From the NCBI GenBank assembly GCA_001661245.1, contig KV454016.1, positions 289,868 through 353,867 of the forward strand: 64,000 nucleotides of DNA. The letters run 5' to 3'. The notes under the pieces are model-generated. The model was not told where the DNA came from and did no database searches. It saw only the letters and a list, made by a program, of their open reading frames with translations. The position numbers and the translations under genes were made by a program. Positions 44,420-55,616 of this stretch are shown one piece after another. How positions within the stretch are numbered: position 1 is the first letter of the stretch; each line of letters begins with the position of its first letter. This DNA comes from Pachysolen tannophilus NRRL Y-2460. Its lineage: Eukaryota.

Positions 44420-45880
44420 ATGGTGGTTGGTCGTACTTTTAAAGATATAATTTCTTTAACGAGAAAAGCGGCCAGAAATATCCGACTGTCATTGGATGAA
44501 TTAGCTGAGGAATTTGTACAGAGGCAGCAACAACAGCATCAACAAGCTCAACAACAAGCGCCAGCTCTTGTTGGAGTTCCTGTTAGAGCAAATAATAGAC
44601 CAAATGGTTCTTTTTTAAATAGAGCAAATCCTTATGGAAGAAGGTTTTTCTGTACTGGGACACGGTGGGGAATTACTCGTCTGTGTACTCTGAGATGTCC
44701 TTTGAGATCAATTAAATCTAATCGTCAGGCTATTAGGCATGCTAGTACTTATCTGAATTATAATGGTAATTATCGTTTTGCAAATTTGAAAAATGCTTCA
44801 AAAAGATTAAGTAGTGGTAATTTTTGGTCATTTTCTTCATTTAGAATTGCAAATAGAGTGGGTTTAAATACAGCAATTCATTACCGTAATGGAGGAATTT
44901 TTCCAAGTGGATTATATTCAAATTTTGTAATGACTAATTCAAGAAATTATTCAACTTATTCAAATTTTACTCATGAAGCTATTATGAATTTAAATCAATC
45001 AATTAGAGCAATGTGTTTACAAGGTAAAGCTACGAATTTCCATAAATATAACAAAAATAATAATAATAATAATGATGATGATAAATTTTTAATTCAAAGT
45101 CATCAAGGGGGTATTAATTATTCATCAACTTATGCAACTGAAATTTTAAAATTGGCTAATAGAAATTCATCATTTGTAGAAAATGATATTAATGGAAGTA
45201 TTGTAGATTTTATCTTAAAACCAAAAAATTTTTCAATTCCATCAATTACATTTATTGATGATACTATATTGGATGAATTGAAAAGAGATTTTGAAAGTTA
45301 TAGATCAGACATTCAGATTATTTATGATGAAATAGATTTAATCAAATCTACTTTTGGTTCTTTGGCAATGTCTATAGAAGATAATGGCCATATTATAAGG
45401 ATTCATTTTCCAAATTGTGATGTTGAAAAATGTGAATTATTGTTAAGAGATTTAGGTATAACAAAAGGAATTGTTCGTGAAAATATCAATATTAATAATA
45501 ATATGGAAAATTGTGAAAATTCAAATAGTTCTAGTAGTATTTCAAGTGAATTTTCTGGTGCAAATTATTCAAATGATATTTTATCAACAACAGTTTCTCA
45601 AGGTGATGTTGGTTCAGATTTGTCATCTTATTATGCTAATCTGGAAGAAGAAGATGCTTTGACAGAGGATGTATTATCAGAAGATTATTTCCCTATGTTA
45701 ACTGCATATAGTAATAGTCCAGTTAATAATATTAACAGATTGGAATTGAACACTCCAAACGATACAGAAGGTTTTATGATGGGTAATGGTATTAATTCTC
45801 TTATTAATGATAGTTCAGAAGATTTATTATACGTTCAAGATTTCGAAATTAATTCTCCTCCTATTAGAATAATTACTTGA
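44420..45880 (+). CDS. Spg5-like (stationary phase protein 5) fungal protein
   Basis: ATG at 44420 in AAAAATG context. PALVGVPVR and IRIHFPNCD..KCELLLRDLGI.KGIV resemble the recalled Spg5-like family; acidic Ser-rich tail. Confidence 0.55.
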   Translation: MVVGRTFKDIISLTRKAARNIRLSLDELAEEFVQRQQQQHQQAQQQAPALVGVPVRANNRPNGSFLNRANPYGRRFFCTGTRWGITRLCTLRCPLRSIKSNRQAIRHASTYLNYNGNYRFANLKNASKRLSSGNFWSFSSFRIANRVGLNTAIHYRNGGIFPSGLYSNFVMTNSRNYSTYSNFTHEAIMNLNQSIRAMCLQGKATNFHKYNKNNNNNNDDDKFLIQSHQGGINYSSTYATEILKLANRNSSFVENDINGSIVDFILKPKNFSIPSITFIDDTILDELKRDFESYRSDIQIIYDEIDLIKSTFGSLAMSIEDNGHIIRIHFPNCDVEKCELLLRDLGITKGIVRENININNNMENCENSNSSSSISSEFSGANYSNDILSTTVSQGDVGSDLSSYYANLEEEDALTEDVLSEDYFPMLTAYSNSPVNNINRLELNTPNDTEGFMMGNGINSLINDSSEDLLYVQDFEINSPPIRIIT

Positions 45881-46581
45881 ATTGTTTCTTTTACTTTTCA
45901 CTGCATTTCATACATTTTCATATTTATTACGGGTTAATATTTTTTTGGTTTAGGTCCCATAGTTTTTTTTTTTTTTTTTTTTTGATTTATACATTTCTTC
46001 AATTCAATTCAGATACATCTATATGAGTGAATTTACGACAAATAATTAATTTACAAGAAAAAAAAAAAGAAATTCTTTACTTTTGTAACTTTAAATCATC
46101 ATATTAAAATAAGTAACTAATAGTGGCGGATATCTTCTCCAAGAAGCATTCAAGTCTCCGCAATTGTCATTCCGTAAAAATCTCTCGTAATAATAATATT
46201 TTTCTTTTTCTCTTTTCTTATATATGTGAAAAAAAAAAAGGAAACCCCCGCATAATACATAATATGTTAAACTATAAACCTCTCAAACTACTCGATAACA
46301 ATGTTCTTCAGTCAGTATGAAAACTAGAAAAAAAAAAAAACTTTAAAAATCAGTAAGTACCAACACCACAAGTCATAATAACAACCATGTTAGTAAAAAC
46401 AACAGATAGCAAGGAAAAGAAAAGTCAACAATAATAAAATAAAATAATAAAATAATAAAATAATAAAATAAAAAAATAAAAAAAAATTTATATCTATAAA
46501 ACCTCCCTTTTTCTTTGAAAAAGACAAAAAAAAAAAAAATTAACAAACAAAAATAAAATTAGGAATATTCTGTAATTTTGT

Positions 46582-49500
46582 TCAGGCAATTTCTCCACCT
46601 GTTTTCTTTTTATTAACACCACCAAAGGACATAGGATCCATGAATTCATCAAAAATCAATGAATAAATGTCATTCAAAACATGGCCATTTCCATTAAGAC
46701 CAGCATTGCTACTATGGTTATTAGTATTGTTACTATCATTAAACCCTTTTTTAACCTCTTTACTCTCATTATTATCATAGGATGGCATCAATAAATCTTC
46801 CATATCATCGTTATCATTAGTATCTATAACGTTCTCAGTCTGTTCAACTTTAATGTTAACAATATCATGATTATTTTGTTTTTTCTGAACCGGAGAAACA
46901 ATATCATTCAAGTAATTCAATTCTTGAGTAGATAAAGATTGGCCATTAGGTTTCGAATCAAAACTATTTCCGTTAGCAACAGGGTTGAAATTTGTTGAAA
47001 AATAAGCATCAACATTGACCGGATCTTGTACATCAAGATTATCTCTATTGAGAGTAGAATTTTCAAATTTCATGAAAGATGAACATAATCTGTCTATTAC
47101 TTTTATGAATTTAACAGCTAACTGATTAAATCTAGATAATTTAGCCAATATATTTTTGGATAAATTAATGTCATGCATCCAATTTTCATTGTATTTTGTA
47201 TTTTCAGGTTCTGAACATAAACATACAATCGGAATCAACACTGCTTGAAATAAAAAATATGTACAGTACCAAATAGAAATAATTGAAGATTCATTAGAAG
47301 CGATGTATTCTTCGATTGAACATATAGTTTCATGAGATGCTCTTAAACATATATCACGACATTCCTTACCTTCTTTGGATTTCGATTGAGACAATATCTC
47401 TGGATTTTTAACACCTATAACTCTTTGCCAAATAAATGCTCTAAACAATATAATTTGTAAATTTTTATACCTCCAAATTAATCTATTTCTAGCCAATTCA
47501 AACCATTGAGGAATTTCTTTCTTCTTATTATATAAATCCTTAGGTGTAATTTTAAGGAAATTCAGATGTGCCACTGCTTTATCTTCAGAAAAATAAAGAG
47601 GTAAGTTTGCTATAAAACAATTCAATTCTTGATTTAATTGTAAACATTCCAGAGCTGTTGGAGCTGGTTTTGAAATCAAACGGTTATAAATTGAAGATGC
47701 TAAAATTGTGAATCTTGTTTGATATTTTAAGCCAGAATACACAGTAGGATAAGGTTTTTGTAATGATTCTGATGATATTATATCATTATCACTTAACATA
47801 ATTTCATTTAATTCTTCATCATTAATGTTTGAAACTTCATTAATATCAATCATATCTATAGATGGAAGATTAATTGGTCTACCAAAAGTTATTGCAGCAC
47901 CTGCATCAAAAATATATATCCCCCACCATAATCTTCTTCTAATTTCCAAATTAAGTAAATTAGCCTTAACAGTTCTTGAATCACTTGAATTTAAATTAAA
48001 TTCTTTATGTAATCCTAAAGACATTGCCATTCTTACTGCAAGTCCTAAATAATTCCAACCAGTATTTGGTTTATTTCTCTTTTGAGTATAATTACTCAAT
48101 AACATATAACATTCCAATAACATGACATTACCAATTTCGAAAACATTAATTTTTTTCAAAGTTTTTTTAACTTTCTTGTAATAAAATAAATCTATCTTTG
48201 AATTTTCACCATTTATACACCATGCACCAATTGCTAAGACAGTGTTAACTAACATTGAAAAAGTTTGTTCATCTTTAACTGGGATTTCACGAATATATTG
48301 TTTGATAAATGTATCTCTGTGGATAAAGGGATAAGAAGTATGATAATATTTAAAATACAGAGCAATAAATTGATCTTGAACAAATTTTGAATTCAATTGT
48401 TTTTCAATAGCACCTTTTTTAGATACAAGATTTTTCCTTTCTTTTGAATGCAGATTAAATACTTCTTGAGGATAATCCAGGTCTAACAACATATCGAAAT
48501 CACCAGAGGCGACTCCATCTTCATCATCTTCATTATCTTCGTCGTCTTCATTCTCTTCATCTTCAATCTGACGTTCTTCATCAATTTTACCAATTTTCAA
48601 AGTTCTTAATAATGCAGAACTCGAAGCCAATCCAAAATAACCTGCATTATTTGGAGTACCATCACTATTAAAAGAAAATGCAGCCATTCCATCAACCGTA
48701 TTCATAGATTGCAAACATGGACTTGTCATACCAGAAGACGATGATGAGTTCAGGGCGGTTGTTGTAGCCGCAGTCATCATATCATTTGGTGGAATTGATG
48801 ACAATGAGGTTATTGAATTCCTCTTATCAAAAATTGAAGAAGATGAGTTTGATTCATTTTCTTCTGCAAGTAATAAATAATCATCATCATCATCATCATT
48901 ATCTTCATACCAATCAAACCCATTGACACTATCGTTCACCAAATACTCCTCGGGCATTGTTGGTCTGAATGAAGAACCATTCTGGTGTTGGTTATATTGG
49001 TTTTGTTGGTTGTGTTGCAGCAGCAGCAGCTGGTTATGTTGGTTTTGTTGTGGGAAATGCAATCTTTGCATTGATACTGGTGGCGACGGTAAAGACGCAG
49101 GTACTACTGATGTCCCTGCCTTAGAAATCGACGAATTTCTCGAGTCATAATATGAAGCCGCCGATGAAGGAGGGGAATTCAAAATTGAAGATGCTTCAGA
49201 TTGTCCTGAATTAAGCGCCAAGTTTCCTGCTGCTCCTACTACTCCCGCTCCCCCCGCCGAGGTGGAAGATGATGATGAAGTCGAAGTCGAAGTAGAAATC
49301 GAACCGCCCATGCCCAAACATCTATTATTCCTCTTCAAATCTGTAATAAAAGCATTTCTAACACTACCGCCATTACCAACATTACCAACATTACCGCCAA
49401 TGCTGCCAATGCTGCCAATACCACTATTGCTCGCGCCCTTTGCTAATAAATCATCCAAATTTTCATTTGGAGGCAATAGCCTCGATAACAATGTTTCCAA

Positions 49501-49761
49501 ATCCCTGCATTTATTTTCAACACTTGTTAGATGCGCCCTTGTTAAAGGGGACCTAACCATTCTTGGTGAATATTTACAATCCCAACTGTGTTGTATACAT
49601 TTCGAACATTTTGGATATTCTTTGGAACAACGAAGTTTGCGTTTACGACAAGAATCGCAAGCCTGTTCTATAGGTGGTTGACTTTGTTGATTTAATTGAT
49701 GTTGATGTTGATGTTGATGTTCGCGCTCACTACTAGTGGAGATACCGGCCGACCTATTCAT
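46582..49761 (-). CDS. GAL4: Zn2Cys6 transcription factor, Gal4 ortholog
   Basis: [25 protein letters not shown]...C.YSP...[12 protein letters not shown] (Gal4-specific linker), a fungal TF middle-homology region and an acidic C-terminal DIYSLIFDE. Confidence 0.88.
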   Translation of the reverse strand: MNRSAGISTSSEREHQHQHQHQLNQQSQPPIEQACDSCRKRKLRCSKEYPKCSKCIQHSWDCKYSPRMVRSPLTRAHLTSVENKCRDLETLLSRLLPPNENLDDLLAKGASNSGIGSIGSIGGNVGNVGNGGSVRNAFITDLKRNNRCLGMGGSISTSTSTSSSSSTSAGGAGVVGAAGNLALNSGQSEASSILNSPPSSAASYYDSRNSSISKAGTSVVPASLPSPPVSMQRLHFPQQNQHNQLLLLQHNQQNQYNQHQNGSSFRPTMPEEYLVNDSVNGFDWYEDNDDDDDDYLLLAEENESNSSSSIFDKRNSITSLSSIPPNDMMTAATTTALNSSSSSGMTSPCLQSMNTVDGMAAFSFNSDGTPNNAGYFGLASSSALLRTLKIGKIDEERQIEDEENEDDEDNEDDEDGVASGDFDMLLDLDYPQEVFNLHSKERKNLVSKKGAIEKQLNSKFVQDQFIALYFKYYHTSYPFIHRDTFIKQYIREIPVKDEQTFSMLVNTVLAIGAWCINGENSKIDLFYYKKVKKTLKKINVFEIGNVMLLECYMLLSNYTQKRNKPNTGWNYLGLAVRMAMSLGLHKEFNLNSSDSRTVKANLLNLEIRRRLWWGIYIFDAGAAITFGRPINLPSIDMIDINEVSNINDEELNEIMLSDNDIISSESLQKPYPTVYSGLKYQTRFTILASSIYNRLISKPAPTALECLQLNQELNCFIANLPLYFSEDKAVAHLNFLKITPKDLYNKKKEIPQWFELARNRLIWRYKNLQIILFRAFIWQRVIGVKNPEILSQSKSKEGKECRDICLRASHETICSIEEYIASNESSIISIWYCTYFLFQAVLIPIVCLCSEPENTKYNENWMHDINLSKNILAKLSRFNQLAVKFIKVIDRLCSSFMKFENSTLNRDNLDVQDPVNVDAYFSTNFNPVANGNSFDSKPNGQSLSTQELNYLNDIVSPVQKKQNNHDIVNIKVEQTENVIDTNDNDDMEDLLMPSYDNNESKEVKKGFNDSNNTNNHSSNAGLNGNGHVLNDIYSLIFDEFMDPMSFGGVNKKKTGGEIA

Positions 49762-50597
49762 TACACCGAAATATACCTATATATTCAATAAAATATATAT
49801 GGTATTATATAATTTATTTCCTCCTATTTGGAATTCAATCTCTATCTATGATACCGGATATATACCATATATGACATATATATATATATATATTTAATAT
49901 ATATATAATATATAAAAAAATATATATGTATATTAAATTATATTATATTATAATTTAATGCTCGAATCCTGTAATGTATCTATAGTGGGGTAAAAAATTG
50001 GCAAAAATTTTCTCTTTGTTAAGATTTAATTGAAAATAACAGGTGATGCCTTTGTTCTCTTATATAAATATATAAATATATAGATATATGAATATATATA
50101 TTTATATATATAGCGCTTAGATAGAAATATATATATATATATATATATATCTAGTATATATAGATGATCAATATGCTAGGTAGTATTGTTATCAATGATG
50201 AATACGCTCTTATTAATATATTAAATGGAAAGATGTTGCATTTACAGACGTATTATTAAAAGTCAAAAAAAAAAATAAAAAATTAAAAAAAAATCATCAC
50301 ATATTTATTTATTATAATTATTATAAATATTATTTTTATATAAACAGGCGTGGGATTATTTTTTTTATTTTTAAAGTTTCTAGCTCGCAGCTAGGAGCTT
50401 TTCATTTCGAGACATTTAATTACTTTTGACTTGACTAAAAAAGAAAGAAAAAATAATAATAATAATAATGGTTGTATTTCTAATATTATTATTATTATTA
50501 TTATACTGTTAAGCCATGCTTTTTTTCATGTTCAGTTTTTTTGTTTTTGTTCTTTTAGTTCTAAGAACATTGGAATATAATTTTGAATATGCCGCCC

Positions 50598-50642
50598 ATT
50601 GATCTATAATCATTGATCATAGATCAATGATTATAGATCAAT
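50598..50642. repeat. Perfect 21-bp inverted repeat with a 3-nt spacer
   Basis: ATTGATCTATAATCATTGATC-ata-GATCAATGATTATAGATCAAT. Confidence 0.95.
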
Positions 50643-50797
50643 TCGAGAATAATACCTTGTTACTCTTTTATGTAGGATTAAAACTCTGCTTTAAACTTTG
50701 AAAATGACGTTTTCCTCTTTTTACACAATAAGAAATTAAAGTAAGGAGCAGAGGAGAGTAGAAAAAAAGGAAAATGAGAGGAGAATTAAACTAATTT

Positions 50798-50834
50798 GAC
50801 TAGATTAGACTAGACTAGATCAGACTAGACTGAC
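50798..50834. repeat. (GACTA)n pentamer microsatellite
   Basis: GACTAGATTAGACTAGACTAGATCAGACTAGACTGAC. Confidence 0.7.
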
Positions 50835-52975
50835 AGTTTTTTTTTTAAAAAAAACAAAAATTAGATGAAAATGAGTTGATTTTTTTTTTCTAGCTAAATG
50901 TTTCCCTTTCAATTGATTTAAAAGAGGGAAAAAAAGCGCTGATTAACGAACGGTTATATCTATTACTTACAACATAGATGTGAAAATTCCTATAAAATAA
51001 ACCTAGTTTCAAAAATTCCTAATTTTAAAATCCTAGGTCCTATCTCCTTTGTTTTTAACCTCTACAGTATGCACAGTAAAGAAAGATAAATTTTATTTTT
51101 TATTATTTTTCTCTTTTATCTTTTTGGTTTGAGATTACATTACATGTGCCCTTTTAGTTTTTAGCAATCAATCAAGAACTCATCCGAGATTAGTATACTA
51201 TTATCGGGATTATTTATAAATTATTATTAATAATAATAATAATAATGACAATAATACCGGACCTAGTTATTAAAAATGTCTCCGAACCAGCACCGAAACC
51301 CCTTTATTCCCTATTGTTTTACATTCTTTATTTTATTTATTTATATTAAATACAGATTAAATACATGATTGATATTGGTTAAACTTTCCAATTATTATTA
51401 TTGGATTTAAAGCCGATTGGAAAATTTTATCTAGATATTCAATAATACCTATTTTTGGAATTATGTCCAGTAAAATACATTAAAATAAAAAAAAAATTGA
51501 TAGTTACAATAGAAGCTTCTATGATAATACCTTTGGGGGAAAAGGCAACAAAAAAGTACCAAAAAAAAAACAAAAAAAAATCACTCTTATTATAATTATT
51601 ACATTAGTACATTTAATATATTACATATAGATTTTTTTTTATCTAATTTGACCCCATCTTTTTTTTTTTTTGAAGATTTTTTGAAGATTTTTTGAAGCTT
51701 GTTGAAGATTTTATTCTTGTGTATAAGTAATATAATATTGTAGAAATTGTCAGTTGTAAGGTAAAAATATTTAACATTTTGGTAAAATTGATAAATTACC
51801 TCCCAAGTAAATTACAATTTTTATTAATTATTTGATTCTTAAGTTTAAAGTAAGAGACGAACCAGACAAACGTTTACAAATAATTTTTTTAAACTTGAGT
51901 GGTAAGTTTCCGAAAAGCATTTTTCACGCATAAAACAATGCAGATTATAGACGCTCTTTTCGTAATCACATGTTTCGGAGTAGTTTAACAATTTCCACGG
52001 TGGTTATTTACAACAATTATTTTTAAAACCGAGGTGAATGATTAAATAAATAAATGAATGAATGAATAATCATAGTATAATTCAATTCAGGCACAATTCG
52101 GATTTTGAATAGCGACAAAAAAAAAGGCTAACCAATTACTTAAGCTGCATGGAAACTTTTACATCATTACCTTTCCTTCTTTGCTAGATAATAATAATAA
52201 TAATAATAATAAATCAAAAGTTTTTCAAAAAAAGAATTTAATCACTCAAAAACAGAAACTTTTTTCACCTTATAATACAAAATTAGACCCCAAAACAATA
52301 AAACTGTATTTTTCTCCTTTTATGATCATAAGATTAGCAAAATGTAAATATAATTACTATTTGGGCTAGAATTGGATTCAAAATAAACAAATAAAAAAAA
52401 TAAAAATTAAAAAAAGAACTCCCCTCGTAATCTTACAGTATCAATAGGATGATGTATGTAAACCCATTTTTTTTTTTTAAAAAAAAAGAAACTTGATATA
52501 AGTTGCTGCTTTCATAGATTTAATCTTTGAAACAGTACAAGTAAAGGAAATCTACTTATTTCTCCATTGCTTAATATAATTTAAATTATCTTAATTTATT
52601 TAGATGTCTTAAATTCAAAATAGTTTTTATAAATAGTAATACTTTAAACAAATAATAAATTTGAATTTCATTATATACAAAGAAAAAAATCAAATAATAA
52701 TAAAAATTAAAAATAAAAAAAAAAAAATAAACAACAACAACAACAACTATACAATTGACCATAAAAAAAGTCAGTTTATTCTTTTATTTCAATGATAATT
52801 AATATCTTTATCTCTCTCTCTCTCTCTCCTCAACCCCGAGAAAAAAAAATGGGGAAAAGTTATAATTTAAAGCTTAATTCAAAGGCTCACTTTATGGAAG
52901 AAAATACACAAAATAAAAATAAAAATAAAAATAAAAATAAATTTAAAAAGCATAATTTGGTTCCATTAATTTCAT

Positions 52976-54828
52976 TTAAACAAATTGTGAAAGTTGAGCA
53001 TGTGCCATCAATTCTTCAACTTTTTTACTCAAATTAGGATCTTCTCTGATTTTTAATTGCATCTTTGCAGCTTCAGCAAATGAAGTTGCTTGTAATTTAT
53101 CTTCATAACCTCTTGCCAAATCAGCAGCTTCTTCAAATAATTTGATGGCTTCTTCAACTTTACCTTGTTGTAATTTGACTTGAGCCAAGATACTTCTTGC
53201 TGATTCAGATTTAGGATCAATTTTACAAGCTCTATCCAAAATTTCAATGATTTCATCCATATTAGCTGGATTTTTTACCAATAATGCAGCTTTGTTTACC
53301 AATGGAACAGCTCCAATGCTAAAAGTTGGTAAATTTTTCTGTAATCCAGCAGCAACATCAAATTGTTTTAAAGCTCCTTTTTCATCACCAGAATCTAATA
53401 AGATTTCTCCATAATAATTTGGTATTTCTGGAGAAGTTGGGAATTTTTTTTTCAGATCTTGGAATTTTTGTTTTGCATCTTCAACTTGACCATTTCTATA
53501 AGCAATACAAGCTAATTGAATATAAGCATAAACATTTTCAGGATTTAATTCTTTTGCCTTGATGAAATTTTCCTTTGCTCTTTCTAAATCTTGAGTCAAA
53601 TAATATAATTGTCCAATATGATAATAAATATCTGGATCTTGATCATTTAAACTATGTGCCATATCAAAATATTTGTTAGCAGATTCCAAATCACTTTTAT
53701 CAGCATGAATTAAAGCCAATAAAACATATCCTTTTGGTCTCGCATTTAAACTAATTGCATAATCAATAGATTTTAAAGAACTTTCAATTTCATTTTTAAG
53801 AAATTGCATTGCTCCTAAATATTCAAATGCAATAGCTGCTTTTTTCGCATCTGGAGAATCACTTGTTAAATCGGTTCCATACCTATCACAAGCTTGTTTA
53901 AAAGCTACATCTGCTGCATCATAACCTTCAGGGGTATTCAATTGTAATTTTCTTAAACCTTCAGCTAAAAATTTATCCCCTTCAACATTATCTTCATCAA
54001 GACCTTCAACTGTTGTTTCTGGAATGAAAGCTTCAAAAAAAGCAGTTATAGATCCTGCAGTTGGTAAAGATGGAACTCTATCTGCCAATTTTGCTTGAAC
54101 AACTTTAGCTGATTGTTTTTTCAAATTTGTTTCCAACATGGATTCACTTGTCTTATTATTGAATCCACCATATATGGTTAATGCAGTCAAATCAAACATA
54201 GCATCGGTATATTTTTCAAGATTTTCATAAGCTTGTGCTCTTCTTACTAAACATTTTGAATAATCTGGTTTTAATTTTAAAGCTTTTGTAGTATCAGCAA
54301 TTACATTTTCATTATCATCCAAGGCAACATAACAAGCAGAACGATTAGAATAAAAAACAGGATCTTCATCACATTTTATAGCAAAAGAATAATATGTAAT
54401 TGCATCTTCATATTTCTTGGCTTTAAATGCAACATTACCTTCTTCTTTTAAAGCTAATGCCCAATTTTTTTTTCCTCATTAGATAATCCACGAATAATCT
54501 CATCATCAATCTTAGGTAATCCAGTAGCTTCATCAACGGGATAAATCGGTGGCATATCACTTTTCAGCTCTTGAGATGAAGGAGAAGATGGTGAATTGGT
54601 ACCTGTAGCAGCACCAGACTTCTTCTTCTTCTTCTTCTTCTTCTTTGAAGCAGAAGACGATACATCAGGATTCAACCCTAAAGATTGCGATTGACTATTG
54701 AAGTATAAGTAGGCCCCAATCGCAGTCGAAGTACCAACAGCAGCAGTCAATGCAATTGCAGATCTATGAGTAGAAGCAAACCTGGACGCCCTGTCCCAAA
54801 ACGTTTGCGATTCAGCAACACTGGACAT
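52976..54828 (-). CDS. TOM70: Mitochondrial import receptor Tom70, split by a frameshift at an A9 run (54465-54473)
   Basis: The upstream ORF carries the TM anchor and poly-Lys. After the shift the frame reads WALALKEEGNVAFKAKKYEDAI...DPVFYSNRSACY and runs into the TPR ORF (AMFDLT, YIQLAC, PEIPNYYGEIL). Confidence 0.9.
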
Positions 54829-55286
54829 AATTTTTTCAAAATATTTTATTCCTTATTTGTTTGCTAAAAAAAAAAAAAAAGAAATCAAAATAAAAAAAAA
54901 AATCAAAATCAAAATCAAACACACACAAAGAGATACAGATATACAGATATACAAACACAAATATCTAATCTCACTCACAAAATTTGATGATGATTAGTAA
55001 AAATAACTTTTAAAATACATCATCAACTTTTTTTTGTAACAAGAAACTTCCACCCATTTCAACTTTTTTTTTGATTTTTTTCTTTGAAAAATTTTGTATT
55101 TCCTCATTCGGAAATTGAGCTATTCAAACACTACTTTTCCAAAATTTTTGGTTTTTTGAAATCCCAAAAAATTGTATTATAGTGGTGATTATATATAATA
55201 ATAATAGATTTAATTAATTGAGGAATTATTCATTTTCCATTGGAAGTAGGGTAGTAATATATTGACGTTTCAATTTTCAGTTCAGT

Positions 55287-55307
55287 GGTGTGTGTGTGTG
55301 TGTGTGT
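55287..55307. repeat. (GT)n microsatellite
   Basis: About 10 GT units just upstream of the ATG at 55370. Confidence 0.8.
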
Positions 55308-55369
55308 TGTTTTTTTTTTTCCCTAGATTGGTTGTTGTTTTTTAGTTATTTGAAGAGGAGGAAATTCAG

Positions 55370-55583
55370 ATGCCCTTACCGGGAGATAACAGCAGTGCAG
55401 TTTTAGCTGTAGATAGGTATGCATACCCCAACCGACAAATTGTGACCAATAGCAATGCCGGACATGAAGATGAAGTAGAGGACGAAGAAGTTGATAATTT
55501 TTCTGAGATATATGGTGGTCAGAATTTGCAAAGATTGTCTATCAATGATAATACTACTGCTGGCAGTAATAATACTAGTACTA

Positions 55584-55616
<33 letters not shown>

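Noticed and set aside
51184..51297. CCG/CGG triplets upstream of GAL4 as an autoregulatory UAS
   Set aside because: No CGG-N11-CCG spacing was found.
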